Below, one piece after another: positions 1-9,145 of a stretch of 28,275 nucleotides of DNA; position 1 is the first letter of the stretch, and the number at the start of each line of letters is the position of its first letter. Source of the stretch: Chlamydiia bacterium (lineage in GTDB: Bacteria > Chlamydiota > Chlamydiia > Chlamydiales > Rhabdochlamydiaceae); the NCBI GenBank assembly GCA_963804085.1, contig CAWDOQ010000001.1, positions 1-28,275 of the forward strand, written 5' to 3'. Position numbers and translations under genes: made by a program. The notes under the pieces were generated by a model. It was not told where the DNA came from, did not search any database, and worked only from the letters and a program-made list of their open reading frames with translations.

Positions 1-606
1 GGGTTTGTCGCCTGCTTTAATGCGGCATAGTGTGGCGTCGAGGGAGCCAATCTTCCGCTGAATGATCGCGAGGCGTGCGTCGATCTCTTCTTGTGCTTTT
101 TCCGGTGAGCTTCCGCATATAAAGCTTGCTACAGAGCTGCGATATGTTGAGAGACAGTAGCGTCTCATATCATTTTCTAGCTCTTGCGATTCTGTGTCGA
201 TTTCGCCGAGCTGCAAGAGGATCCTATATTGTTCTTTTTCTGGAATATCTATTTGAAAAGCGTTTGCAAGCTGCGCTAACTGAATATTTTCTTGATGCGG
301 GGTAAGCGCTCTGGGTGGAACGGAGGCGTATTGGGCGCTTAGCTGCCTTTCTCTAAACAATTGATGAACGCAGTAAGCCACCGCTCCTACACCCGCAGAA
401 TAAATGCCTATCGCAAGAGTTACACCTTTGGAGAGCAGTGAAAAGCCGCCTCCTACTGCTGCACCTTTAAGACAAGCCGTGAATGAGTTAAGTTCGTCCG
501 ATTCCGGTAAATAGACTCCGGGTTTTCCTCTCTCGCTACCCTCTAAATATATTTTCATGGAGCTGGAATAGTCCCCTACTCCGAGAGACATGGAATATAA
601 AGTCAT
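1..606 (-). CDS. Hypothetical membrane/coiled-coil protein, Inc-like (inclusion-membrane/T3SS substrate candidate); runs off the window edge
   Basis: Not in the ORF track because there is no stop in the window. ATG at 606 follows AAGGAGG. The frame is open for 202 codons (MTLYSMSLGVGDYSSS...KAGDKP). It has a Gly/Ala-rich bilobed hydrophobic stretch (AAVGGGFSLLSKGVTLAIGIYSAGVGAVAYCV) followed by Q/E/L-rich helical segments. Confidence 0.75.
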   Translation of the reverse strand, partial: MTLYSMSLGVGDYSSSMKIYLEGSERGKPGVYLPESDELNSFTACLKGAAVGGGFSLLSKGVTLAIGIYSAGVGAVAYCVHQLFRERQLSAQYASVPPRALTPHQENIQLAQLANAFQIDIPEKEQYRILLQLGEIDTESQELENDMRRYCLSTYRSSVASFICGSSPEKAQEEIDARLAIIQRKIGSLDATLCRIKAGDKP

Positions 607-615
607 ACATCCTCC

Positions 616-1257
616 TTAAATCTTTTGTCGTTGTTTCGGTTGTTGAAAATTCAAAGGCTGTTTTGTAACGGGATGGATAAATTCAAGTTTCACATGCGAA
701 AGAGGAATCGCAGGCTGATTGGAGTGTGTCTTTGCGCCATATTTGCTATCACCGCGAATAGGACAGCCGATGGCTGCAAGTTGCACACGGATCTGATGGT
801 ATCTGCCTGTAACTAGGTTGACTTCTATGAGTCCCTCTTCGAGTAGCTTGTAGTGCAGGAGCGCAAGTTTTGCGCCGGGATGATCTTTCCTACCACGCGC
901 GCATGGAACTCGTCGTGTACAAGCGCATGCTCTAAACTTCCGGTATCAGCAGGAGGTTTGCCCTCTATGCGTGCATGGAAGGTTTTCTTAATCTCTCGAT
1001 TGCGCATCATCTCGTTTAAGCGAGAAAGTGCTTTGCTAGTTCTTGCAAAAAGAACGAGTCCGCCAACAGGTTTGTCCAGTCTGTGGATAGGGACCAAAAA
1101 GACATTGCCCGTTTTAGAGAACTGTTTCTTGACCCAGTTTTTTGCCCAATCCTCCAAACTCATCTCTCCTGGCTGAGAAGGGTTGCGTCGGCATGCCGGC
1201 TGGCTTGTCAACTATTAGTAGATGGTTATCGGAAAAGAGGACTGTTGGCGGGAACAT
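616..1257 (-). CDS. RluA-family RNA pseudouridine synthase (two apparent frameshifts)
   Basis: Motifs fall in three successive frames: [45 protein letters not shown] (catalytic HRLD); [25 protein letters not shown]...FIHPVT, with stop at 616-618. Confidence 0.88.
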
Positions 1258-2074
1258 ACGCTCCTCCTCTTCTTTGGCGCACCACCTCGTACAACAGCAG
1301 GGTGGCAGCAGTTGAGACATTTAATGAATCGGCAACGCCTAGCATTGGAATGCGCACCTGCATAGCATCGAATGCTTTTCAGCCAGGGGTCGGACAAGCC
1401 GAGTTGCTCGGTACCGACGACAAGTGCAATGGGTCCGGTAAGATCGATATCTGTGTACTCCTGTTTAGCGGAGGGTGTGGCAAGAAACAATTTTGATCTT
1501 CTCTTCGCGCAGCCAAAGAAGTGTATCGGATCCCTTGGCCTCAACAACAGGGCATGTAAAAAGGGTTCCGACGCTTGCACGCACCACGTTGGGATTGTAG
1601 ACATCAGTACAGCGATCGCAAACGACTACACCATCGACTCCTGCCGCATCGGAGGAGCGAAGAATGCTCCCTAAATTCCCCGGTTTTTCGATCGCCTCTG
1701 CGATGAGTAAAAAGGGGTGGGATTTATTTGTAATACGTGCGACGAGATCTTGCAAGGTATGACGCATCTGATGGGCGATGGCGACAAGACCATCGGGCCG
1801 GTCGCGGTAGGAGAGCTTACTAAATACAGACTCTGTGCAGGTATAGATCGGGCATTGGGTCTCTTGAATTTTTTTCGATGAGATCAGGTTCATTGATACC
1901 CAGAAAAAAAGTAGGGCAAACGAAAAGCGAGTGAAAATGAACTCCAGCATCAAAGGCGCGCAAAACTTCGCGGTACCCTTCGATAAGAAAAAGAGAGGTC
2001 TCATCTCTTTCGCTCCTATCTTTAAGTTTGATCGCGGCTTTTAATTTGGGGTTTTGTCCGCTACTAATTTCCAT
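1226..2074 (-). CDS. TrmH/SpoU-family RNA 2'-O-methyltransferase (three apparent frameshifts)
   Basis: Spread over four frame segments: [14 protein letters not shown]...[26 protein letters not shown]...[51 protein letters not shown]. These are the SpoU motifs 1-3. Confidence 0.9.
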
Positions 2075-2894
2075 CTTTTGTCCACCTTGCAAAGCTGCCT
2101 GACGGCAGCTCTCTTGCGCCAGGATTTTCAGGGACATCTCGCCGATCTCGATCTTCCCTTTTTTTAAGCGCTCTTCTAAGAGATGACGCATCACAAGTGG
2201 CGTGATGCCTTGCGTGTGAGAAGAGAGAATTAAAAAGAGGGGCTTATCTGAAAGTATCTTGCAGCACTTATCGAGTATCAGATTTAAGTCGCGTTCGATT
2301 TTAAACACTTCGCCCTGCTTGCCTCTACCAAAGCTGGGAGGATCCAGAATGATCCCATCATAGCGCACGCCGCGCTTCTCTTCGCGCATAAGGAACTTGA
2401 TCACATCATCTACGATCCAGCGAATAGGCGCCCCTTCTAAGCCGTTTAGTGCGGCATTCTCTCTTGCCCACTTGACCATCCCTTGAGAGGCATCGAGATG
2501 GCAGACAGAGGCGCCCGCCTTTGCAGCGGCAAGCGTCGCTCCTCCCGAATAGGCAAAGAGATTCAAGATTTTTGGGGGCTCCTTCTCTTTCTTTATCAGA
2601 CCTTCCATCCACTCCCACAAGGCGCTATGTTCGGGAAAGAGCCCCAAATGGCCAAAGTCGGTTGCAGAGATTTTAAACTTGAGTCCTTTTAATTCGGCGA
2701 TCCAAGAGTCTGGAAGCGCGCGTTTTCCCCGCCACTTATTATTTCCCTCGTCACGTGTAAAAAGAGCGTGCGCTCCGTTCCACACCTCTGGCCCAAGCGC
2801 CGGACGCCAGAGCGCCTGGCCGCACGGCCGGACTAGGAGAAATCGCAAACTGCTCGAGCTGCTGCCCATCGCCGCTGTCTAAAAGTTTATACAT
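2064..2894 (-). CDS. Class I SAM-dependent methyltransferase, RlmI/RlmK-like (apparent frameshifts near both ends)
   Basis: The start MYKLLDSGDGQQLEQF is at 2894 in another frame. The core has FGHLGLFPEH, ILNLFAYSGGAT, HLDAS and YDGIILDPPSFGRG. The likely true end [14 protein letters not shown] is in a shifted frame. The ORF-track fusion to the TrmH N-terminus results from the frameshift. Confidence 0.88.
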
Positions 2895-2949
2895 GGTGGT
2901 CGACCAGTAAATAATTAATTTGTCCAAAGAATCATAGCAGGTTCACTAT

Positions 2950-4167
2950 TTAAATGCCGTAAGAGATCCGGCGCCAAAGAGTAGATAGAACGCGGTGGGT
3001 CGTTCCCAGGAGAACCGCTGCTCGATTGCCTTTTATCTCAAAGGTAAAGAGATAGGGGGTCTTGCCCCTCTCGCCGACGGCTGCCCAGATCGTTCCTACG
3101 GGATGCTCGGGGCTGCCTCCGCTTGGGCCCGCAACTCCCGATACCGCTATCCCATAATCCGCATGAGTGGCTTTAAAAAGTCCTTTTAACATCTCTTCGA
3201 CCACCTCTGAGCTGACAGCTCCTTTTTCTTTTAAACTCTTTTCTGGAACAGAAAGGAGGGAGTGCTTGAGTGCATTCGAATAAGAAACGATAGAGCCTAG
3301 AAAATATTGAGAGGCACCTGCAAGAGCAGTTAGATGAGCTGCAATTTTGCCGCCTGTGCACGACTCTGCAAGGGCAAGTGTCCTTTTCTTTTCGATCAAA
3401 AAGTTGTGCAGCGCCTCTTCGATCTTTCCGGAAGTGGAGGGAAAAACATGCGTTTTAAATTCCGTTTTAAGCGCATCAGCTAGCAGCATGACCTCTTGCT
3501 TTTCTTCTCCTGAAAAACTAACACTTACGAGTCCCTTATTCGGATAGATGCCAATCTTAACCGCAGGCGATTTTTTCTTGAGCTCGCGCAAAACGAGGTC
3601 GACCTCGCTTTCGGTAATTAAACAGAGATGGACATTTTCTACATGACGCTTCTCTTTTGCCGGAAGATGCTTGGCAAGGTAAGGCAGAAGCTCTTTTGTG
3701 CACATCTCTTCCATCTCGTAGGGAACACCCGGAAGCAGGATGAGAAACCCCTTTTCAGTCCGAAAGACAAGCCCTACTGCTGTGCCGACAGAGTTGGAAA
3801 GAATCTCTGCTTTTCGAGGAACTTTTGCCTGATTCTCTAAAGAGAGCAGATTTTTTCCATACCTCTTTTTAAGATCGGCTGCGAGCTTCTCATCGAAGTG
3901 ATAATCATCGTTAAAAATTGCTACGGCGACATCTCGCGTATGGTCATCCAAGGTGGGTCCAAGCCCGCCTGTTGCAATGACAAGCTCCGCTCTTTTGATT
4001 GCTTGTTCTAACCCTTCGCGCAAATGCTTTGGCTCGTCAGCAAGCGTCGTCATCTTTGTGACTTGGTAACCCGCTTGCATCAGCTGTTTACTTAAAAAGG
4101 CTGCGTTGGAGTTAAGAATGGCTCCCGATAAGATCTCATCGCCGATGGTAACAAGTTCGATGTTCAA
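2950..4167 (-). CDS. cinA: CinA / nicotinamide-nucleotide amidohydrolase (MoCF-like domain + PncC domain)
   Basis: IGDEILSGAILNSNA, TGGLGPTLDDHTR, LPGVPYEM; C-terminal LAESCTGG, SYSN, GAVS, SGVAGPSGGS. Confidence 0.95.
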   Translation of the reverse strand: MNIELVTIGDEILSGAILNSNAAFLSKQLMQAGYQVTKMTTLADEPKHLREGLEQAIKRAELVIATGGLGPTLDDHTRDVAVAIFNDDYHFDEKLAADLKKRYGKNLLSLENQAKVPRKAEILSNSVGTAVGLVFRTEKGFLILLPGVPYEMEEMCTKELLPYLAKHLPAKEKRHVENVHLCLITESEVDLVLRELKKKSPAVKIGIYPNKGLVSVSFSGEEKQEVMLLADALKTEFKTHVFPSTSGKIEEALHNFLIEKKRTLALAESCTGGKIAAHLTALAGASQYFLGSIVSYSNALKHSLLSVPEKSLKEKGAVSSEVVEEMLKGLFKATHADYGIAVSGVAGPSGGSPEHPVGTIWAAVGERGKTPYLFTFEIKGNRAAVLLGTTHRVLSTLWRRISYGI

Positions 4168-4862
4168 GGTTTACTCTCGACCGCTACTTTCCTTAAAAGT
4201 AATTGAGGGTGAGAATTAATCCAAGAAAAACAGCTCTTGCCGAGCCTAATCGGCTCATACCTCTTTTTACCTTGAAAGAGAAAGGGTGTGGGCACGCTCT
4301 TTTGCCTTAAGTAGCGCGTCAGCTGCGTAAAAAGCAGCGTGTTTGGAAAATCGGGACTCTCGTCCACCTTTGAAAAGGCGGAGCTCTCCGGACTCTGGTA
4401 GATCTGTGGATAGGAGAACTGGATCCCCCACAAGATGCTCTCTTGTCCCAAAACCATCGGATGGATCTTGCCGTCGAGGGTAGAGGCGAACATCTGATGC
4501 GCTTGCAGCTGAATCACAGGTTTTAGCGCTTTAACAAGATATCTACCTTTTCCCACATCCATCGCATACAAAATATCGGAGCTCTTTGTAAAAATCGCCG
4601 AAAAGTATCTGCGTAAAGAGAGCTCATCCGGAAGAGCCCCCTCTTGTAAACTCTTTACGTAGGCTGCATATTTTTCTAAAAAGTCGGCGGGCTCTATGCG
4701 CATCGAATCAACTGTGCAAGGCTCGCATGTGACATAGATCTCAAAGGGTGCTAAAGCAACAAAGAGCTCGCGCATTTCGGCACCATCCAAAAGCACCTGA
4801 TACTTGAGGGCTTTAGAGACGCGCATCACTCCCTCAACTGCTGGGGAGCTTACTCGGAGCAT
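4164..4862 (-). CDS. Hypothetical protein (232 aa), overlapping both lspA and cinA
   Basis: Intact ORF overlapping both neighbours; no motif recognised. Confidence 0.8.
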   Translation of the reverse strand: MLRVSSPAVEGVMRVSKALKYQVLLDGAEMRELFVALAPFEIYVTCEPCTVDSMRIEPADFLEKYAAYVKSLQEGALPDELSLRRYFSAIFTKSSDILYAMDVGKGRYLVKALKPVIQLQAHQMFASTLDGKIHPMVLGQESILWGIQFSYPQIYQSPESSAFSKVDESPDFPNTLLFTQLTRYLRQKSVPTPFLFQGKKRYEPIRLGKSCFSWINSHPQLLLRKVAVESKP

Positions 4863-5356
4863 GGCTTCTTCTTGACAAGAGACTGAAGCAGCATCCAGAC
4901 AATGCCACAGAAGATCGCGCTATCTGCGATGTTAAAGACGGGAAAAGAGTGGCCCCAAAGACGGAAGTAGAACATATCGACCACATGTCCATAGACAAAG
5001 TAGTCGACCACATTGCCTGCTGCACCTACTAACACCAGGAGCAGCGGAAACTTTTGCGCATATTCTGCAAAAAACAGCAGGTAGACGAGCACACCACCGA
5101 TGATCGCAAAACGAAAATAGAGGAGATAGTCTTGAAACGAAGAAAGCATCCCCCACGCAGCACCCTTGTTGGTCACATAGTTGATCGAAAAATCGATCCC
5201 TCCTAAAAGCTGGTGGAAAACAGCGATGCCGCCATAGGGGTAGAAGGGCGAAGCCCGCCCCATGATAGGCAGCATCTCATGCACATACAATTTAGAGATA
5301 AAGTCGACGCCAAAAAGGCAAAGACCAAATAGAACAAACTCTAAAACACGTCTCAT
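4850..5356 (-). CDS. lspA: Lipoprotein signal peptidase II
   Basis: NKGAAWG, GAAGNVVD, GHVVDMF and FPVFNIADSAI motifs, plus hydrophobic helices. Start placed at MRRVLEF (5356), just after the dksA stop. Confidence 0.95.
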   Translation of the reverse strand: MRRVLEFVLFGLCLFGVDFISKLYVHEMLPIMGRASPFYPYGGIAVFHQLLGGIDFSINYVTNKGAAWGMLSSFQDYLLYFRFAIIGGVLVYLLFFAEYAQKFPLLLVLVGAAGNVVDYFVYGHVVDMFYFRLWGHSFPVFNIADSAIFCGIVWMLLQSLVKKKPCSE

Positions 5357-5357
5357 T

Positions 5358-5723
5358 CTAAAGCAGACCCTTTTCAAACTTCTCTTGAGCTTGCACTGTC
5401 ATCGTCGCATAGGGGACAGCTTCTAGGCGCTTGAGAGGGATCTCCTCGCCTGTGATGTCGCAAACGCCGTAAGTGCCATCCTCGATCTTCTCAAGGGCGC
5501 GCTCGATCTGGCGCAAAACGTTGAACTCCTTGTTGGTCACTTCCAAGGTGATTGTGCGATCGAAATCATCGGTTCCTTCGTCTGCTTGGTGCTGCGAATA
5601 ACCTTTGGCTTTCTCATCGCTTTTAACATCTTGGCTGACACCGCGAACCACTGCCATCATCTGGTTCTGCAGCTCTTCTAAACGCTTTTTAAACTTGGCA
5701 ATTTCGGTCTTCTTGAGTGACAT
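5358..5723 (-). CDS. dksA: DksA/TraR-family RNA polymerase-binding factor (Chlamydia-type, single Cys)
   Basis: Coiled-coil tip HQADEGTDDFDR; IERALEKIEDGTYGVCDITGEEIPLKRLEAVPYA. Start taken at MSLKK (5723). Confidence 0.92.
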   Translation of the reverse strand: MSLKKTEIAKFKKRLEELQNQMMAVVRGVSQDVKSDEKAKGYSQHQADEGTDDFDRTITLEVTNKEFNVLRQIERALEKIEDGTYGVCDITGEEIPLKRLEAVPYATMTVQAQEKFEKGLL

Positions 5724-6219
5724 GCTCATTCCCTCTGGTTTCATTGGTTTTTTCAGGATGCTGCACGCCATCTTTAGGTGTGATAGTCTGCAGGGCATCC
5801 ATCAAATCATTAACATCTTTAAAACGCTTGTAGACACACGCAAACCGAATGTATGCGATCGTATCTAACTGTTCCAAATGCTGCATCACAGTCTCGCCCA
5901 GCTCCGTCGTGCTGATCTCACGCACTTGCCTCTCCATCAGATCGGCTGTGATCTTGTACGCCAATGCACGCGCCTGCTCGTGGCTAATGCGTGTATGACG
6001 ACAAGCCGCATCGAGACCTCTGATCAGCTTATCTTGCTGAAAGTCCTCAAAACGCCCGTCGCGTTTGTGCACCTGAATCGTCACATCCACCATTTCAAAT
6101 GTGGTGAAACGCTTCAAGCAGCTCAAACACTCGCGCCTTCTCCGGACAGCATTGGTCTCCGTAGCATTACGCGAATCGGTCACTTTTGACTCATCATGAT
6201 TGCAAAATGGACAACGCAT
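5689..6219 (-). CDS. nrdR: Transcriptional repressor NrdR
   Basis: MRCPFC...VTDSR...RRRRECLSC..RFTTFE zinc ribbon plus ATP-cone (KRDGR...AYIRFACVY). Confidence 0.97.
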   Translation of the reverse strand: MRCPFCNHDESKVTDSRNATETNAVRRRRECLSCLKRFTTFEMVDVTIQVHKRDGRFEDFQQDKLIRGLDAACRHTRISHEQARALAYKITADLMERQVREISTTELGETVMQHLEQLDTIAYIRFACVYKRFKDVNDLMDALQTITPKDGVQHPEKTNETRGNEHVTQEDRNCQV

Positions 6220-6274
6220 ATTTTGATGCTTTATCTATCTCCAGCATTTTTTAAAAGAATTTATTTAAGCAAAA

Positions 6275-6361
6275 CGGAGGAGGTGGGATTCGAACCCACG
6301 AAACGTTTTCACGTTTACACGCTTTCCAAGCGTGCTCCATCGGCCACTCGGACACTCCTCC
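6275..6361 (-). tRNA. tRNA-Ser(GGA)
   Basis: The reverse complement folds as a cloverleaf: acceptor GGAGGAG/CTCCTCC, anticodon arm CACGC-TTGGAAA-GCGTG, long variable arm, T arm GTGGG-TTCGAAT-CCCAC, discriminator G. CCA is not encoded. Confidence 0.97.
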
Positions 6362-6436
6362 AAAAATTAATAGACTGGGAAAGATTAGCCGACTTTTTCT
6401 TTAATCACAAGCCACAAGACCCGAAGACTTTTTTTC

Positions 6437-6526
6437 TTAACGTGCCTGTGCCCCTGCCTGTGCCTTTGCCCGATCTTTCTATTCTTCCAATCCCCCGGAT
6501 CGGATGGCAAGGCACAGGCACGTTAA
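6437..6526. repeat. REP/MITE-like palindromic element with 6-bp TGCCNN internal units
   Basis: Perfect 16-bp inverted repeat TTAACGTGCCTGTGCC (6437-6452) / GGCACAGGCACGTTAA (6511-6526). The left arm continues TGCCTG-TGCCCC-TGCCTG-TGCCTT-TGCCCG. Confidence 0.75.
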
Positions 6527-6539
6527 AAAAGAAATTATG

Positions 6540-6591
6540 CGACATTTTACGACATTTTTTATGACACAATTCGAATAAAATTGTCGTAAAA
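6540..6591. promoter_or_regulatory. Operator-like direct plus inverted repeat array
   Basis: CGACATTTT occurs twice with a 10-bp period, followed by ATGACA. TTTTACGACA (6545-6554) is inverted as TGTCGTAAAA (6582-6591). Confidence 0.4.
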
Positions 6592-6597
6592 CATTGG

Positions 6598-7689
6598 CTA
6601 GCGTAGCAAAAGGGCATGCTTTTTGCCCAAGCAGTAGGAGCGGGCTTTGTTAGAAAAATTGACAATCTCCAAAAAGCCCTGATCAACCCATTTTTTACAA
6701 AGTTGCGCTGCTGTGCGCGGTTTAAATTTAAACAGCGCTCCAATCTGATGTGCAGTGACAAGCTCGAACTGATAAAAGAGTTCTAAGACTTGTCTCTGTT
6801 TCGGGTCGAGTTTGCGAAAAAGCTCGGCTTGATCATGCTCCCCTCTTTGATCTGCAATGAGCATCCCCTTCAACACACTCTCAAAAGAGAAGGCCATCCC
6901 TTCTATGAAATACTCGATCCATCGAGTGATATCACTTTCTGCTCTTCCAAGATAGTAATTATGCGAGGGTCCGATTGTTAGTGCCGCATAGTAGGCATGA
7001 AGATCTCGCGCGTAATACTCTTCCAAAGAGTAGAGGCCTTTTAGATCGAAGCCACCGAGATGCAAAACAAAGGTTGCGAGGAGTCGCGCACATCTCCCGT
7101 TCCCGTCGTAGTAAGGATGAATAGTTGCAAATTGGTAATGTGCAATTGCGGCTATGATCGGACAAGGAAGTTCAGCGCTTTGAGAGATCCACTGCACAAG
7201 GCCGTGTATGAGACCTGGAACATCTTTTGCTTCGGGAGGCATGTACACGATCGCTTTCGTCATACTGTCTCGGATCACATTTTGGCCGTCTCGGTAAGGT
7301 GTCGGTGTCACTTTTGACCTGCCATCTCCCATAACTAACGCATGCAGAGTGCGAATCTGCGTTTCGGTTACACCCACCTTTTCTGCAATCCATAATTCCA
7401 TCTGTTTGAGAGCTGCGAAGTATCCTTTAACCTCTTTTTCATCTCGTTCGCGCCCTGCAAAGTGCTTATCCTGTTTGATGACCTCTGCAATTTCCTCTGC
7501 ACCCAAGCGATTCCCTTCGATCATGGTGGAATAGTGAGTGGTGTAAAGGCGCGCCGTCTCTCGCAAGGAGGCGATCACCATCGGCGTGAGCGGCAGATGC
7601 AAAATCTGTTGCTTTGCCGCCTCGATGCGCAAGAGGCAGCTAGCAATCTTTGGCGAGATCGTAAACTTGGGCGTGAAATTTATCAGCAT
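6598..7689 (-). CDS. Fic-family protein (AMPylase-type motif) with C-terminal winged-helix domain
   Basis: HPYYDGNGRCAR matches HxFx(D/E)GNGRxxR. STMIEGN resembles the inhibitory-helix motif. C-terminal LDPKQRQVL...VTAHQIGALF...AAQLCKKWVDQGFL is wHTH-like. Confidence 0.92.
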   Translation of the reverse strand: MLINFTPKFTISPKIASCLLRIEAAKQQILHLPLTPMVIASLRETARLYTTHYSTMIEGNRLGAEEIAEVIKQDKHFAGRERDEKEVKGYFAALKQMELWIAEKVGVTETQIRTLHALVMGDGRSKVTPTPYRDGQNVIRDSMTKAIVYMPPEAKDVPGLIHGLVQWISQSAELPCPIIAAIAHYQFATIHPYYDGNGRCARLLATFVLHLGGFDLKGLYSLEEYYARDLHAYYAALTIGPSHNYYLGRAESDITRWIEYFIEGMAFSFESVLKGMLIADQRGEHDQAELFRKLDPKQRQVLELFYQFELVTAHQIGALFKFKPRTAAQLCKKWVDQGFLEIVNFSNKARSYCLGKKHALLLR

Positions 7690-7741
7690 AATATCAGCAT
7701 GTTATCTGCATAGAATTATGCCGATAAATCGCCGATAAATC
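7677..7741. promoter_or_regulatory. Putative autoregulatory operator array over the fic start
   Basis: TATC(A/T)GCAT at 7681, 7692 and 7703, and inverted copies (ATGCCGATA 7718, TCGCCGATA 7729). Each set has an exact 11-bp period. Confidence 0.6.
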
Positions 7742-7848
7742 AACTTTAAATCGCACCTCGCTTAAGATCAATGAGTTGCGAATAGATTGCAAAACATAAA
7801 AACGCAACCAGCTGAATATCAGTTTATTGCGCGATTTTCGCGTACATT

Positions 7849-7884
7849 CGTTCATTTTTTGTGATAAATGACAAAAAATGAACG
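7849..7884. repeat. Perfect 14-bp inverted repeat (operator or hairpin)
   Basis: CGTTCATTTTTTGT (7849-7862) / ACAAAAAATGAACG (7871-7884), 8-nt spacer. Confidence 0.6.
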
Positions 7885-8011
7885 TATTTTTGTGAAAAAA
7901 TCACGTTTTCCTAACATATCGTTTGTCATCGCATAAAAAGAGAAGATGCGACTATGGAAGAGCATTTCCTCAAAGCTTTCGATCATGGTAGCTAGTGAAA
8001 ACTAACCATTT

Positions 8012-8948
8012 TTAACGCCGGCGCTCGTGTGAGTGGTAGAGATAGCCACCATTTTGCATGTTGCCAAAGACATAGCGTGACCAAATATTCGGCTTTGATG
8101 GAAACCCAGATATCGCCATATTTTTAATGAAAACCTCGATCCGGATAGAACTATCAAAGAGCTCAACATGCTGTTTAAAAAAAGCTCCATCGGGCCATGC
8201 GCACAAGCTGGAAGCACAAAATCGGTCAAGTAGCAGCCTAAGTGTTTTGCGAAAGAAACGTGATCGTCTGTCCGACCAGTATTGTAGGGTAAGCTGACAA
8301 AGGACGGGACAAAGGTGGGACTCGCTCGAACATGCTCATCAATCTCGCTGGGAGCCAGTGTCTATTTGTTCTGGCGTTCGCGAGCTTGAAATGTTTGATA
8401 TTGGGGTTTCGGTCCATGCTGGAAAAAAGAGCATTTAAGATCGAAGGGATTTTGGAGGACAAAATCGTGCTGATGCAAGAAAACATAAGGCGTAGTCACT
8501 CGCAAATCATCGCCTCTTTGACAACTCCTGCCAAATGGACCCATTTTTCACAAAAGATGAGCTCAGTATTGGACACAAAATAGAGCGGGGTCTGATTTTA
8601 GTGCAGTGCTCCGATATTTTCTTGGATGCATATAGCACCGTTTAATCTTCTACACGATCTTCAAGACCCGGTTGGATCCCATCAAACACAAGTGATCTTT
8701 TTACAAAAAGTAAAAGCGGGAACGAGAAACAAACAATTACGGGCAGGATAGAGATGCTTGGATCGAGGAAGGATGCTGAACTGGATTGGTCGTCGTGATA
8801 ACACCGTGATTCATCTCAGCCACCGTCGCAGCATCATAGACTTTTCCATCCAATAGATCTGCGAAGCCATGAAAGCGCTGCAGGCTGTTAACCCCCACAA
8901 GCAAATTTGCCCATGAAGGAGTGGTATACTATCATGACTCTTTTTCAT
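8012..8948 (-). pseudogene. Heavily frameshifted gene for a GT-A-fold-like protein
   Basis: GAAGGAG precedes the ATG at 8948. Protein-like segments follow in changing frames: ITTTNP, VFDGIQPG, SNTELIFCEKWVHLAGVVKEAM, VTTPYVFLHQHDFVL, NALFSSMDRNPNIKH, DFVLPACAHGPME, YVFGNMQNGGYLYHSH. QHD sits at a DxD-like position. Confidence 0.6.
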
Positions 8949-9145
8949 AAAATGCTCCTTCAGTAAAGATATAAACCATAAGCACCAATTCATTATTAAT
9001 CTTATAGGTAAAATTCGAAAAACCCAACGATTTACCTTTAACCATCTTATGAGTTAATTACGTAATTACAAATTAACGCAACTGTTTACTAATAAATGTT
9101 TTAAATCTAAAATAAAGAAAATTATCAATTTGCTGGAATTACATT

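Noticed and set aside
1820-2869. Apparent methyltransferase-TrmH fusion ORF (349 aa)
   Set aside because: The natural C-terminus (LPSGSFARW...) and stop lie in another frame and TrmH has its own ATG at 2074. The fusion is caused by a frameshift.
6196-6761. ORFs 6196-6564 (+) and 6405-6761 (-)
   Set aside because: They translate the tRNA antisense strand and the TGCCNN palindrome (VPVPLPVP / GTGRGTG); not credible proteins.
6437-7884. CRISPR array or integron attC cassettes
   Set aside because: The repeats are short and differ from one another, with no repeat-spacer periodicity and no cas or intI gene. I saw no convincing paired RYYYAAC/GTTRRRY ends.
7849-7884. NrdR box
   Set aside because: It does not match the acaCwAtATaTwGtg-type consensus and no nrd gene lies downstream.
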